NCBI GenBank assembly: GCA_038087875.1
Contig: CM075988.1
Location: 24,554,001 to 24,618,000 of the forward strand
Reading direction: 5' to 3'
Length of the DNA stretch: 64,000 bases
Source: Malacoraja senta
Taxonomy: Eukaryota
Shown: in pieces, positions 21,801 to 35,990 of the stretch
How positions within the stretch are numbered: the first letter of the stretch is position 1
Layout: the number at the start of each line of letters is the position of its first letter
Program-made: the position numbers and the translations under genes
The notes under the pieces: generated by a model
Told to the model about the DNA's origin: nothing
The model's input: the letters and a program-made list of their open reading frames with translations, nothing else
The model's database searches: none

Positions 21801-24007
21801 AGATGAAACATCCACCTTCCTGAAACCATCTTCCTGAAACATCAGCACACCACAAATCCAATGAAGGTGAAGAACTACTGTAAACAACATTCTAAAAGTG
21901 AGCTACCCCAGCATTTTAGTGTCTATCTGGGTCCTTGCTGTGGTGTCTGGAAAAGCTGGAGACTATAAACCAGTGTCTGCAGTGACTATAAACCAGTGTC
22001 TGCATTAAAACACTGACCCTAACTTATCCCACCACCAACTTCTGCTCAGCCTCCTCAGATGAAGCTTCTTGAACCAAGCCAGAGCACTTTCTCCTTTACC
22101 TCCACACGGCCACTCCCAACAGTCTGCTTGGCGAGTGCCAGCCTTGCTTTTATACCCCACGAGGGCCCGTCACTCCGGGATGCTAATTGCTCCCAGCTGG
22201 TCAACTAAATCAGACCTCGTTACCTGTTGCTTTTGAACAATCCCACTCCTCTGTCCTTCCTCTCAGCTGCTCAACTCAAATGTACCTCGTTAACTGGTGT
22301 TTTTTTTTTAAAAGCCCCACTCTTCTGTTATTGGGGGGGAAAATGCCGGAGGCTATTGAGATTATGAGCTAACGAGGCAATTTAAAAATATCAATAGGAT
22401 TAGGCAAAATCAACTGAGATTTTCGAAAGGGATTTTTTTGGACAAATTTACTAGCACTAATGGAACAGGCTGATGGGTTGAGATGAAATAAGTGTGGACA
22501 GATGTTTCTTCAGAGCAAAATTACGCTATGTCCTGTTTCTACAGGGTAATATTTAATGTAATACCACATAGTTCAGATAGGTAAATCAGGCTCTACCTCT
22601 GGGAGATTCAGATCTTGATGATCTGAACCTGGAGTGTATGGAGAAGCATTAGAACCTTCAGATGTGGCTCTGGACGACACTGATCATGATCAGGAAAGAA
22701 TAAGTAGGCTGGAGTTCCTTCCTCTGGAAAATAGGTTTCGGAGACTTCACAGGGAAGGTCTTTAAAATGGCAGAAATGATGATTTCATGCTTTTCCCCTT
22801 GTTATGGTAAATTATCATTGGTGATCAACTCCATTTGGATCTTAAGAGGTAGGCCATTCAGCCCCTCATGCCTGCACCAACTCCTATTTCCCTCACAGTG
22901 GAAAGTGTTGATTCTGCTGTGGGGGGGGGGGGGGGGGATGTTCATGTTGAATCCTATGGTGTATTGTGTCTTTTTTCTTCTTTTTTATTTTATATGGATG
23001 TACGGTAATCTAATTTTTTTTCTCTGTAAAGCACTTTGGCTTCAACATGATTTGATTTAAAAGTGCTATATAAATAAAAATTATTTACTTACTCACTTAC
23101 TATCTATTGCTACCCTGAAAATCCAAAAATATATTGTTCTTTCTCTTAAATATGCTGAGCAACTAAACCTCGACAATCATTTTGGGTGGTGAACTCCAAA
23201 CTTCAGTTCTCTTTGTGTGCAGGATTTATTTATCTTCTCTGACCAGAATTATTTTGAGACTTTCACCCTTTGTTCTCTAGCACTATCCTGCACACTAGGG
23301 ACAATTCCAGCCAAGAGAAACACTACTCTGCTCTGATCTCCTAATCCCTGATCGTGGATGTGGATGGATTGGAGATGGACTCGGTGTTTTTTTGAAGAAT
23401 CCTAAGGTATTATGGCAACATTTTAAAATAAATGCTTTTGGTACTGAGGAGATTCTGAGTGCAGAAAGCAGCAGACACATGCTGGATCTAATGACACCTT
23501 ATACATCAAAGCTTTAATGGGAACAGTTTGTTGTGGATAATTACCTGTAAAATAAACACAGATAGACAGGCAGATTTAGAAATGGGCTTCATAAAGCATA
23601 ATTTGTTGTGGTTTATGTATAGCTTCTGAACTACACATTGCCGCCTGAATCAGTGACTGGAATATTATTACCATCCGTATTCACATTCGGTCAGGATGTC
23701 AAACAGAGCCTCACTGCCCCCCCAATCACCACTACTCTCCTCCCACCACCACCTTGATCTCTCATTTAGATATAGGAAATCCATTGGCACTAACCCAATG
23801 AAATGCAATTAATTTCTCACCAGGATCCTATTAAATATTTATCCATCAATTAACAGTATTGACACAGATTTGCCCAGTCATTATCACATTGCTGTTTGTG
23901 GGACTTTACAATGTGTTACATTTTCAATTAACAGCGAATTCTAGGCTTTGGACAATGCTTCAGTTCTTGCTTCTTGCTTCAGTTGCGATCCATTCAGTTT
24001 GGACTTT

Positions 24008-24303
24008 CGAGACACAGCGCAGAAACAGGCCCTTCGGCCCACCGAGTGCGTGCAGACCAACGATCACCACTCGGTACACGAACACTATCCTACACATTAG
24101 GGACAATTTACAATTTTACCGAAACCGATCAACGTACAAACCTGTACGTCTTGGGAGTGTGGGAGGAAACCAGTGTCCCGGGAGAAAACCCAGGTCACAG
24201 GGAGAATGTACAAAATCCATCAGACAACATCCATAGTCAGGATCGAACCTGGGTCTCTGGCGCTGTAAGGCCGCAACTGCACAACTGAGCCACCATGCCG
24301 CCC
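24008..24303 (-). mobile_element. HE1-like SINE
   Basis: Family match. Confidence 0.88.
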
Positions 24304-24569
24304 CGACAGAAAGTTTCCAACAGAAAATTTGCATCCAACAGGAAATTTGTTTTTTACAAAATCTAGAATTATCATTTCATAAAGAAAATTTCCTATTTGA
24401 AATTGTTAGCTTTCAGGTATTTCAAGGATTTTAAAGGTAAGATAGGTCCATAAGAAGACAGAGGTCACCCATGATCTAATTTAATGGCAGATTGAGCATG
24501 AATAGACTCTTCAGACATATCGTATCAAGGGCAGGAGATAGGGTGTCGATATGGAAGAATCCTCTTTGT

Positions 24570-24704
24570 AAGTCTGAAGAAGGGTCTCAACCCAAAATGT
24601 CACCTATTCCTTTTCTCCAGAGATGCTGTCTGTCCCGCTGAATTACTCCAGCTTTTTGTGTCTATCTTCTGTTTAAACCAGCATCTACAGTTCTTTCCTA
24701 CACT
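24570..24704 (+). mobile_element. Penelope-derived short insert starting at the hammerhead-like core
   Basis: TSD atcctctttgt at 24559-24569 and 24705-24715. Confidence 0.85.
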
Positions 24705-24889
24705 ATCCTCTTTGTTTACTGTTTGAACTCTGATCCTGTGAGCCTCTCTTGTTGCATAGCTTTTAATTACCATCTTCGTAAAGTTGACTCTTTCCAGGCT
24801 GCAGCTCAGACACAAATCTTCATTCTCCATCTTGTGAGGAAATATTTTCTGATTGGCTTCTGGCCCTCCAATTCCCCCAGCACTATGTG

Positions 24890-25550
24890 TCACCAATATA
24901 TCCACAAGGCACAAGTCAGGAGTGTGATGGGATACTCTCCATTTACCTGCATGTGTGCAGCTTCAACAATGCTCTGGAAGGCCAACAGCATCCAACAGAA
25001 AGTAGCCCTCGCTCGCTCCACAACTCAATCCCTGTGTCACAGGTCAAATATAGACATGAAATGTTGGAGTAACTCAGCGGGTCAGGCAGCATCCCTGGAG
25101 AAAAGGAATAGGTGATGTTTCTCCAGAGATGGTGCCTGACCTGCTGAGTTACAGAGTGTTACAGTGTGGAAACAGGCCCTTCGACCACAACTTGCCCAAC
25201 ATGTCCCAGCTACACTAGTCCCACCTGCCTACTCTTGGTCCATATCCCTCCAAACTTGTCCTATCATGTACCTGTCTAACTTGTTTCTTAAACATTGGGA
25301 TAGCTCCAGCCTCAACTACCTCCTCTTGCAGCTTGTTCCATACACCCACCACCCTGTGTGTGTGTCACTCCACCATTTTGTGCCTCTCTCCGGTGTAAAC
25401 CAGCATCTTCAGATCCTTCCTACACATTATCTCAGGTAAATATGATTGACAATAGGAACCCAATAGTACTTCTTCAACAGCATCTCCCAAACACACAACC
25501 ACTACCATCTAGAAAGACAAAGGAAGCAGATACAGAGGAACACCAAACCG
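24890..25550 (+). mobile_element. Ancient CR1-group LINE C-terminal relic with nested younger repeats
   Basis: IHKAQVRSVMGYSP...AASTM...SIQQK and QQHLPNTQPLPSRKT. Confidence 0.6.
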
Positions 25551-25589
25551 TAGCACGCATCAATCTTACTCAGAAATGGGTGATGCGTG

Positions 25590-25895
25590 GGTGCAGCGGT
25601 AGAGTTGCTGCCTCACAGCGCTAGAGAACCAGGTTCGATCCTGACTACGGGTGCTGTCTGTAGGGAGTTTCTATACGTTCTCTCCGTGACCGTGTGGGTT
25701 TTCTCCGGGAGCTCCGGTTTCATCCTACACTCCAAAGACGTACAGGCTTATAGGTTAATGGGCTTCGGTAAAGGAAAATTATAAATTGCTCCTAGTGTGT
25801 AGGGTAGTGCTAGTGTATGGGCAAGGCTGATTGGCGCAAACTCGGTGGGCCGAAGGGCCTGTTTCTGCCTTGTGTCTCTAAACTACTAAACTAAA
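25590..25895 (+). mobile_element. HE1-like SINE
   Basis: Family match, box B ggttcgatcc. Confidence 0.88.
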
Positions 25896-28097
25896 TACAT
25901 CAGCGGTTGTTCATGACTGCTGGCTCCAAATACTCGAACACTTTCTCAAAGAAGTGGGGGATGGCATTCACCACATGGTGTGTAGTCAGCACCTTACTGC
26001 GTAGTAAATGCACATCTTGCCACATCCCACAAGGACATTTTAATAAAGCTTTGAAACAGTTTAACATCTCCCCTGAAAGAAGGCACCTGTGAATAAAGAT
26101 CTCAGGAATATTCCAGTCATGGGGTCAGACGGCCTCACGGTCTCTCTGGACATTGATTCAGAATTAATGTTCACACTCTGACATATAAATATTTATCGGC
26201 TCAAAATCTCTTACCTTGAAATGGCACCCCTGATACCAGGTGCAACCAGTTGAGGTATTCCATAAATTTTACCTTCCTGCTCTTTAATTCATGCATGATT
26301 AAAAAAAAACGTTTCTCACCTCTGCTGTGGTTTGTTAAGTAGCATTCTTGTCTCTGAAGACAGATGCTTGTCTCTGACACAAATTCACTTTGGTGAATTC
26401 TGGATGGACACTCCAATTTGCTGCTGCGTGAGAGCTACAGTTTTGAAGGAACAGCCTTTACCAATTAGTCACTAAACTGAAGCTCTAGCTGTTCATTTGG
26501 AAAGGTACAAAAAATCTCAAAGTACCTTTTTGAAGGGTATTTTCTTTAGTCTCAACACTAACAATATTTATTACATAGGTGCTGTGCAATAACTGGTCAC
26601 AAATTTCATTCTTATTATAATGCACATGACACTTTCAATGCCTTGTAACCATATATTTTTGACTAGTGGCAGACCAATTTCCCTCTGGGATAAATAAAGT
26701 TGTATCTTATCGTATTGTAGTGTAATAGTCGCTTTTCATTGACAATCTTTGGAAGCCCTCCCTGTAATTTCCTACTACATTTGTCCTGCCTGCTGTCATG
26801 AACAGCTGACTGCCCGGCATTAACTCGCCCTCTTGACCTGGCCAGCAAGGAAATGGGAAACTGTGCAAAAATATTGCAATGATGTCTTATCTTTGATCCT
26901 GCATCTTATCACCATGTCTGTTTTTTTCTCAACTGCTCATTGACCCACAGGGTCTTTGTGCTCCTCCAAACCCACTCGGGGCGGAGAAGCAGAGGTCAGA
27001 CTGAGGAGAAATCTCTCTAAGGTGTTGCATCAAAACACACCAGAGCACACAGAACACAAGCTGGATTCAATTTACCTTCATGGCTCCACAGTAATCCATC
27101 AAACACACTCACGGCAGGTGAGTTACACTTCATCAGTTATACAGAGTAAAGTTTCATCTGCAGCGTCTCATCAAAAATACCCAAGATGGATGTAACATCA
27201 GTTAGATGCAGAGTAAAACTCCCTCTAAAGGTACATACAAAACCTGTTAGATGAATAGCATAGCCTCCACTAAATTGGCCATCAAACATTTACAGGTCAG
27301 ATAAAGTAGGTACAAAATATAAAAATAATGTTCCCTCTGCAGACATAGGAAGGTACAGAGTAGGTTACAAGCAAAGTAAAACTCTATTTGGACTGCCTCA
27401 TCAAAAACTGTTGGAATCGTACAGCATGGTATAAATACAAAGTATTTCAATTCCAAGCAAACTCAACCTACAGTTTTATTTTAGACTTCTCAATTCAAGA
27501 CAGCAACAATAAGTTGGAGACACAAGAGACTGCAGGTACTGGAATCTGGAGCAAAAAAAGGAGCTGCTGGAGGAAGCGGTCAGGCAGCATCTGTGGAGGG
27601 AATCGCCACATCTCAAACTAATCCGGTGTACCTACATTTTCTAATTTCCTTAATGTCTAAAATCTATTAATCTGTCTTGAATATACTCGTTGCTCAGTCT
27701 CCATAGTTCTCCTTCATAAAGAATTTCAGATTAATTAACCTTTGTGTGAAGGAATTTCTACTCATTTCAGTTTGAAATGGGTGAGTCATTACCTTTGGAC
27801 TGTATACCCTCGTTCCAAAAGCCCTAGCCGGCAGAAATACCCTTCCTATATTTATCTTGCCAAACCCTGAAAGAACTTTTTATTCTACAATTAGATCATG
27901 AGTCTCTTCAGTGAGAGATACAGTAGGTCATTCCCTCTGTCTGATCTTAAAGGTTATCTGGCTATCTGACTGGAAAACGATTTGAACACCCTGGGAGAGT
28001 GAGACAATGATGACTTCGCACATTTTTTATAGTTTCTGCACAGCAGTGAAACAAGAGTGCAGACTATAAACATCAAGGGAATCTGACCACAAATATC

Positions 28098-28191
28098 CGA
28101 AGACGGGTCTCGACCTGAAATGCCAACTATTCCTTTTCTCCAGAGGTGCTGTCTGACCCGCTGAGTTATTCCAGGTTTTTGTGTCTATCTT
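28098..28191 (+). mobile_element. Penelope-derived short insert
   Basis: TSD cacaaatatc at 28088-28097 and 28192-28201. Confidence 0.8.
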
Positions 28192-28442
28192 CACAAATAT
28201 CTGGTGATCTGCTTGGCTTGGACTTACTGTTTTTCTCATCAGTTGCTATCAGCCAGAAGCACATGAGAATCCCTGGTATTCATCAATGATAATAACAACA
28301 CTAGCAGAGATTGAAGAATTCCCACAGATAGTAAAGTGGGACAGAAATAGTATGTTTTTTGCTGATATTTTAAACATTTTACAGAGTGTGAATTAAAGAT
28401 TGAAAGATATCCATAAGATCAAGGAAGAATTTGACTTAATGC

Positions 28443-28715
28443 TTAGCTTAGTTTAGAGATACAGGGCGGAAACAGGCCCACCGTGTCCGCACCGACCGTT
28501 AACACTATCCTACACACACTAGGGACAATTTTACACATACACCAAGCCAATTAACCTACAAACGTGTACGTCTTTGAGCGTGGGAGGAAACCGAAGATCT
28601 CGGAGAAAACCCATGCAGGTCACGGGGAGAACGTACAAACTCCGTACAGACAGCACCCGTGGTCGGGATCGAACCCGGGTCTCAGGTGCTGCAAACGCTG
28701 TAAGGCAGCAACTCT
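28443..28715 (-). mobile_element. HE1-like SINE
   Basis: Family match. Confidence 0.88.
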
Positions 28716-29660
28716 CTCTCAATTCTCCACTATAAGTAAGGCATCATATTCAAATTCTCTCATTTTAGGTAAACAACTCGTCCCGTTTTTCCTCCTCCAT
28801 TCCACCTGGATGCACAGCCATTCTCATTTTTCCCTTCCCCCATTTCCTTCCACCTATATATCCTCCTTTGACTTAACATTATATGCATTTTCTATCCTCT
28901 AACACCTTTTATAGTCATAGAGCGTGGAAACAGGCCCTTCGGCCCAACGCGCACACCGTCCAACATCTCCCAGCTACACTAGTCCCACCTGCCTGCGTTT
29001 GGCCCATATCCCTCTAAACATCCTATCCATATCCTATTGTCTTATCATTTGTGGCCTTTGTCCAACCATTGGCCATCAAAACCTCCCCTCATCTGTATGA
29101 ACCTATTACGAGCCAGGCTTTGTTCCATCCCCACCTCTCTTCCAGCTTTTTCCTCCCCCCTCTCCCGACTGCAATCAGTCTGAAGAAGGGTCCCAACACA
29201 AAATGCCACCTTTCCATGTTCTCCAGAGGTGCTGCCTGACCCGCTGAGTTAATCCAGCACTATCTATCATTGATTTTCATTGTTTCTGGGATAGTTGTTC
29301 ATACGTTCATAAGTTATAAGAGCGGAATTAAGTCACTCGGCCCATCAAGTCTACTCCGCCATTCAATCTATCTTTCCCTCTCAACCCCATTCTCCGCTTT
29401 CTCCCCATAACCCCTGACACTCGTACTAGTCAAGCATTTGTCAACCTTGTGTCAATGCTCTTCAGGCTGTGAATCCTTCCATGATAGTGTGGTGAAATGG
29501 GCTGTCCAGACTTAGAGGTAGGGTGAGTAGGAGAAGAGTGGTCAGTAGTGATTGATTGTGGAGCAAGTTTTAGAATTAGGACTATCCATTCTCAAGGGTC
29601 AGTGTGCTGGCATGGAGATATTTTTGATTGTAGTATGGAGCCATTCTTGGTTATTTTATT

Positions 29661-30710
29661 AAAGGACAAGGACAAAGGACATGTATTGTCACGTACACCA
29701 ATTGGGGCAGTGAAATTGGAGTTACCATGCAGCACACAAATAAAGATAAACACAACACTATAGAATTTAACGTAAAACATAAAACATCCCCCACTGTGAG
29801 GGAAGGCAATAAAAGTCCAGTCCTCTTCCTCTTGTTCACCCGTGGTCGGGGCCTATTTGAGGCCTCCACAGTCGCCGCTATGGATGGCCCGATGTTTCAG
29901 GCCCTCTCGCTGGATGATGGTACTCCGGCGTCGGAAGAACACTCTCAGCGGCTTGTAGTTTCCAAATCGGCCGCTTCCTTAGCATAGCTGCCGTAGCGGC
30001 GACTGCAGAGGCCTCAATAGGCCCCGACTATGGGTGAACTGGGGATGGGACTGGACTTTGCTGCCTTCCCCCACAGTGGGAACCATTGTGGGGGGATGTT
30101 TTTATGTTGTTGTTAAATTCTTGGATGTTATCTTTATTTGTGTGCTGCATGGCAAGTCAAATTTCACTGCACCAATTGGTGTACGTGACAATAAATGTTT
30201 ATCTATCTATCTATCTACCGGAGACCGCGGCTCCCGAAGTCCACATGCCCACATGGCAATCCTCGGCGAAAGATCCCAGGACTCCGCGATGTTAACGTCA
30301 GTGCCGCCCGCGGCTGGAAGCTCCGCAGACCACAGCTCCGCGATGTTAAAGTCGGCAGTCCCAGCACTCCAGAGCTTCCAACACGGCGACCCTAGTAAGG
30401 CATCGGCCGCTCCGCGATGGTACCTCAGTGCTGCGCCGCCGCTGAAGCTCTGGCCGGTCTCCGACAGGAAAGGCCGCGCCAATCCAGATGGCAGGCCGCG
30501 AAGAGGGGGCGAAGATGAGGCTCGGAGGAAAGACGCGTCCTCAACCCAGGTAGCGACTGTGAAAAACAGTTTCCTCCTCCCCCCCCCCCCCACATAAAAA
30601 GACTAAAAGACCTCCAAAACAAAACTTTTTGATGGACTAAAAATTAAAAAAAGGATGAAAGTACGAACAGCTGCAGGAGAGGCTGCCACACTTGATGGCG
30701 CCACCACTCG
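29661..30710 (-). mobile_element. GC-rich non-autonomous LINE-like element with an inverted same-family 3' copy inserted (~29985-30216)
   Basis: Minus 5' end gagtggtggcgcc; 3' end with (gtcctt)n tail; internal inverted copy ending in (tatc)n. Confidence 0.65.
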
Positions 30711-31233
30711 GATTAGTAATTAATATGGCATTGGAGGAATGCATTGATTGGTATTCTTGCAATGTACACAAACCATCATTTTATGCAGTTAACAGACTTG
30801 GGATAAGGAAAATTAGCATTTGCTAAAAGCTCCCCTTGGTCTTTTCTCTTTATATTCTTGACCTTACTGCTACTATTGATCTGAAAGATTGACAAACAGC
30901 CTGGTTTAATCATTACAACAACAGTTCATGGCATCAAATTAGTTATGACATTTTTTGATTAATGTGAAAAATCTTTGAAACAACAGTTCATAGGTCGAGG
31001 CTCTCATATTAAATTACTGCGATTCTTTTTGTCGATCTCCAAGCTCTCAGCTCTACTGAAAAGACAGTTTATATGTAAACCTCCCAACCTCAAATAAATG
31101 CTTCATAATTGCTTCCCAAACTTCCACTGGAAACAAGGAAAGTATTGGGGGAACAGAGGCATGGATGAGGACAGCAGCAGGCGATGGGACTGAAGCAGGA
31201 TCACAGTGGGGGAAAGAGATGAAGATTGACTGT

Positions 31234-31329
31234 AGACAAAGGTGCTGGAGAAACTCAGTGGTGCAGCAGCATCTAAGGAGCGAAGGAAATAGGCATCGTT
31301 TCAGGCCGAAACCCTTCTTCAGACTGAAC
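31234..31329 (-). mobile_element. Penelope-derived short insert
   Basis: TSD aagattgactgt at 31222-31233 and 31330-31341. Confidence 0.82.
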
Positions 31330-32024
31330 AAGATTGACTGTTGACTGCAACTAAAGTGGATTGACACGTTCAATGTAATGTCATTAACACATTCTGGCTG
31401 TATGCTCACAAGCATTAGAGAGTTCATTAGAGGGCACCACTATCATTTGCTGCAACTAAAGGATTGGCTCTGCGATGGGTCTGGGATGTGTTAACAGGCA
31501 AGTTCAAGTTTCACTTTAAATAGGCATACCTTTTCATTGTAAGAGGGAAGTTGATCTATTCCATTACATGGTAATGTTTTCACTTTAAAATGACATTGAT
31601 TCAATCGTCTTTACAATAACTGAACACAGTAATAAATCCTGCTCATCCCATCTGGTATCTCAGTGTAGAATTCTCTCTGCTGACTTGAGTTGTCTTTACC
31701 TTCTGCGGTTTTATTTTGTATTGATTGATTAACTGCATACGTTTAATTATTGATAGACTGTCTCGACTAATGTCAAGTTTCATACAGTGTTGCTTGAGAG
31801 GTAGAGATTTTCCAAGAGCAAGAGTGTCAAGGAAACTAGTATACATGGGGACATCTGAGGTGACTGGGGTGGAACCCGTAAGCCAATCAGTTTTGGAATG
31901 AAGCATGACGGCATTTTCTGGTTGAAGGTTTTTTTACAGTGGATTGGGTGAACCCCAGGGTTATTATGAGGAAACTCGATGGAGCAGATAGGAAAGAAAA
32001 GGTTCCAGCGACAGGAAGGTTTAA

Positions 32025-32485
32025 TTCAATTCAATTCAATTCAATTCAATTTATTTGTCTTTTGGACAAATTTGTCATTTGGACCCCTTGAGGTCCAAAC
32101 GAAATGTCGTTTCTGCAGCCATACAATACAAAACGAAGAAGACCCGAGACACAACACAATTTACACATACATCCATCACAGCGCTGTGATGGAAGGCAAA
32201 AAAACGTATCTCTCCACTGCACTCCCCCCCGATGTCAGAGTCAAAGTCAAAGCCCCCGGCGGGCGATGGTGATTGTCCCGCAGCCATTAAAGCCACGCCG
32301 GGTGATGCAAGGTCGCGCACCGGGTCTTGGTGTTAGAGCCCCGGCGCGCACCCGCAAAGTTCGGTGGCCATTCCAAGCCGCGCGGGGGGATAAAGCCCCG
32401 CTCCAGGTGCTCTTCAACCCCGCAACTCGGGCGGGAGAAGTCGCCACTGCGGAAGCCCCGAAAAGCGGTCTCCCACCAGGGGACA
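32025..32485 (-). mobile_element. GC-rich LINE/SINE-like 3' fragment with (TTGAA)n tail
   Basis: (aattc)n on plus strand; related to 33870-34162 and 2900-3112. Confidence 0.6.
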
Positions 32486-32736
32486 CTGATAGAAGATAAT
32501 TGGCAAAAGAAACAAAGGAGAGATACAGGCGATGTTTTTAACGGAGTGGGTTGTGATCTGACATGACACGCCGAGAAGAGTGAAGGGAGAAAATCAATGG
32601 CCCCTTTCAAAACGAATTGGATAAATATTTGAAAACGGAAAAAATGCGACGTGGAAAGTACAAGCGGGTGGGACTAATTGAATAGCTCTTCTGAAGTCAT
32701 CAATGTGATGGGCTAAATGATTCCCTTCCAAGGTAT

Positions 32737-32867
32737 TTGTTTAAGAAGGAACTGCAGATGCTGGAAAATCGAAGGTAGACAAAAGTGCTGGAGAAACTCA
32801 GCAGGTGAGGCAGCATCTATGAAGCGAAGGAAATAGGCAACGTTTCGGGCCGACACCCTTCTTCAGA
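32737..32867 (-). mobile_element. Penelope-derived short insert
   Basis: TSD ccttccaa(g/t)gtat at 32724-32736 and 32868-32880. Confidence 0.82.
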
Positions 32868-33241
32868 CCTTCCAATGTATATTATGTCCAGGTATATATG
32901 ATAATATCCAGGAATTCTCAATTATCAAAAACTCTAATGATTAGTCATGTTCAGTTACTTGGAACAATTCACAGATCAAACCATCACAGAACAGTGTAAC
33001 TTATAATTTACTCTTTGTTAGTTTTATGCACAATTAAACTTGGTGGAACTTTCAGATATCTAATAGCTGGTTCTGTGCATTTTACCAAGACAGTGCCTGC
33101 CTCCTTACTCCATTGATCTTCCAGTAGCATTCCTACTGACACTCCTCAGCCTCAACACTTAATCTATTTGACAATTGTTTCTTAACACAGTTACCAGAGT
33201 AAGGAGGCAAATACATTTAGAAGTCCACAGAGCTTCCAGCA

Positions 33242-33507
33242 GGGGCGGCACAGTGGTGCAGCAGTAGAGTTGCTGCCTTTCTGCGCCAGGGACCCGGGTT
33301 CGATCCTGACCATGGGTGCTGTCTGTACAATGTTTGTACATATAACATCCCTCGACCTGTTTGGCTTTTCTCCGGGTGCTCCGGTTTTCTCCCACACTCC
33401 AAAGATGTACAGATTTGCAGGTTAATTGGGTTTGATAAAATCGTAAATTGTCCTTAGTGGACTCGGTGGGTTGAAGGGCCGGTTTCCACACTGTGTCTAA
33501 ACTAAAC
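33242..33507 (+). mobile_element. HE1-like SINE
   Basis: Family match. Confidence 0.85.
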
Positions 33508-34764
33508 TTGAAAGCTTCAGCATCATGTTTAGAATCGCTGAATTGAAACTACCTTGTCAGGCTCCATTTGTGTTGCATACATGAAATGACAAAGTAAGCA
33601 TGACATACGTGATTCTGGAGTTCCATGTATCTACAAAGGTCTCTCACTCAGAGGTGAATCACAAAGAGGATTAGAGAACAGGATGGGAAAGTATATCTGA
33701 GGTACTGAAGACCAAGGGACTTGAAATACTGTACACCTTCTGTTCCTATTTTCTTATGTGCTGGGACACTGATGGCATGGTTTCTTGATTAGGCACGACA
33801 CAGAAAGTGTGAGGTATGGATTTAGCAAGGTTTATGCCAGCAATAACCTGCACATTTCACATTTTTAACTCACGCCCGCCAGGGGCTCCAACTTCAGGAC
33901 CCGGAGCGGGGCCTTGCATCGCCCAGCACGGCCTTAAACGGCCGCGGGACTTGCCGTCGCCCGCTGGGGACTCCAACATCGGGAGAAGAATAAGGAACAG
34001 GGGAGAGACAAGACTTTGCTTTCCATCACAGTGAGGAGGTGTTTGGAGATTCACTGTGATGGATGTTTATGTAAATTGTGTTAATTGTGTGTCTTGTTTT
34101 TTTTTCTTGTTTGTATGACTGCAGAAACGTAATCTTATTGGAACTTAGGTTCAAATGACATAATAAAATATCTTGTATCTTGTACAAAAATGTTCACTGA
34201 AACACAAATATGTCAAAGAAATTGAAGGTAGCAACAGTGAGTGAGAAGCCCTTGACTAAAGGCCAGACATTTGGGGCTACTCTGCCACTCATTAAGATCA
34301 TGGTAGATCTTCTATGCCAGAACTATAATCCTGCTCTCCCCACACACCTTGATGTCTTTTGTGTGAACACATCTATCTAACTTCTTAGGAGATGTAGAGT
34401 TGCAAAGCAATTTTGGAAGTCTAACATGGAATCACAAAGTTACATTTGATTTGTGCATTATTTACTTATAACAACACAGGCCATTCAGCCCATCAAAACC
34501 ATGCTGGTTTCCAGCAGAGTAATCTCATCCATCCCATTCCCTATCACTCTACATCCCTGCAATTTACTGCTACTCACATTCCTGCTGAATGCTCTTCAAT
34601 TCTACTTGCCACCTAGATAAACTAAGGTATGATTTACAGTATCTAAATCTAATAAACACAGTACGTCTTTGGGAAGTAGGAGGAAACCACAGCACGCGAC
34701 AGACACCCCTGTAGTCATAGGGAGAGTGTGCAAGGTTTGCACAGACTGCTAAAAGGTCAACAAT

Positions 34765-35888
34765 GTAGAACAATCCTTGTTCTATGCATACCAGGGCCCC
34801 ATCCCCGACCTCTACCTCCGCTACATCGATGATTGTTTTGGTGCCACATCCTGCACCCACACACAACTGACTGACTTCAACCGCTTCACCACCAACTTCC
34901 ATCCGGCACTCAAATACACCTGGACCATTTCCGACACTTCCCTACCATTCCTTGACCTCACTATCTCCATCGAAGGTGATAGACTCCTTACCGACATCCA
35001 CTACAAACCCACCAACTCCCATGGCTATCTGGACTACACTTCTTCCCACCCTGCTTCCTGTAAGGACTCCATCCCCCACTCCCAATTCCTCCATCTACGG
35101 CGCATCTGCTCCCAGGATGAAGGCGTTCCACACCAGGGCATCTGAAATGTCCTCTTTCTTCAGGGAACGGGGTTTCCCCTCCTCCACCATAGATGAGGCT
35201 CACACCAGGGTCTCTGCCATACCCCGCAACACTGCTCTCTCTCCCCATCCCCCCACTCAAAACAAGGGCAGAGTCCCCCTAATCCTCACCTTTCACCCCA
35301 CCAGCCGTCACATACAACAAGTGATCCTCCGTCAGTTTCGCCACCTCCAACGTGACCCCACCACTCGCCACATCTTCCCATCTCCCCCCATGTCTGCCTT
35401 CCGCAAAGACCGCTCCCTCCGTAACTCCCTTGTCAATTCTTCCCTTCCCTCCCATACCACCCCCTCCCCTGGTACTTTCCCTTGCAACCGCAAGAGATGC
35501 AACACTTGTCCCTTCACCTCCATCCCTCGACTCCATTCAAGGACCCAAGCAGTCGTTCCAGGTGCGACAGAGGTTCACCTGCATCTCCTCCAACCTCATC
35601 TATTGCATCCGCTGCTCTAGATGCCAGCTGATCTACATCGGTGAGACCAAGCGGAGGCTTGGCGATCGTTTCGCCGAACACCTCCGGTCGGTCCGCAATA
35701 ACCAACTTGACCTCCCGGTGGCTCAGCACTTCAACTCCCCCTCCCATTCCGCATCTGACCTCTCTGTCCTGGGTCTCCTCCATGGCCACAGCGAGCAACA
35801 CCGTAAATTGGAGGAAATGCACCTCATATTCCGCTTGGGCAGTCTACATCCTGGGGGCTTGAACATTGAATTCTCCCAATTCTGCTAG
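34765..35888 (+). pseudogene. Penelope-like RT C-terminus + GIY-YIG endonuclease, two frameshifts
   Basis: LRYIDDCFG (RT catalytic), LPFLDL, YKPT, CNRKRCNTCP, NLIYCIRCSRCQLIYIGETKRRLGDRFAEH, GLNIEF. Confidence 0.92.
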
Positions 35889-35990
35889 CCCTTGCTATCC
35901 CCTCCCCTTCATCAGCCCTCTGGTTGTCTCCTCCCCTCCCCCAGCCCTCAGGCTCCTCCTCCGCCTTTTTCCTTTTTTCCTTTCTTCTCA

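Noticed and set aside
21961..22004. Small tandem duplications (also ~15405-15440, 20733-20768, 37383-37418)
   Set aside because: Ordinary two-copy slippage duplications; no repeat-spacer array, not CRISPR-like
26216..26352. Minus-strand donor CAAG|GTAAGA with a possible upstream acceptor
   Set aside because: Weak acceptor, internal poly(T) run, unrecognised peptide
30034..30597. 187-aa and 128-aa GC-rich ORFs (similar at 32104-32610 and 53362-53706)
   Set aside because: Lie in GC-rich repeats, cross insertion boundaries and show no recognisable domain
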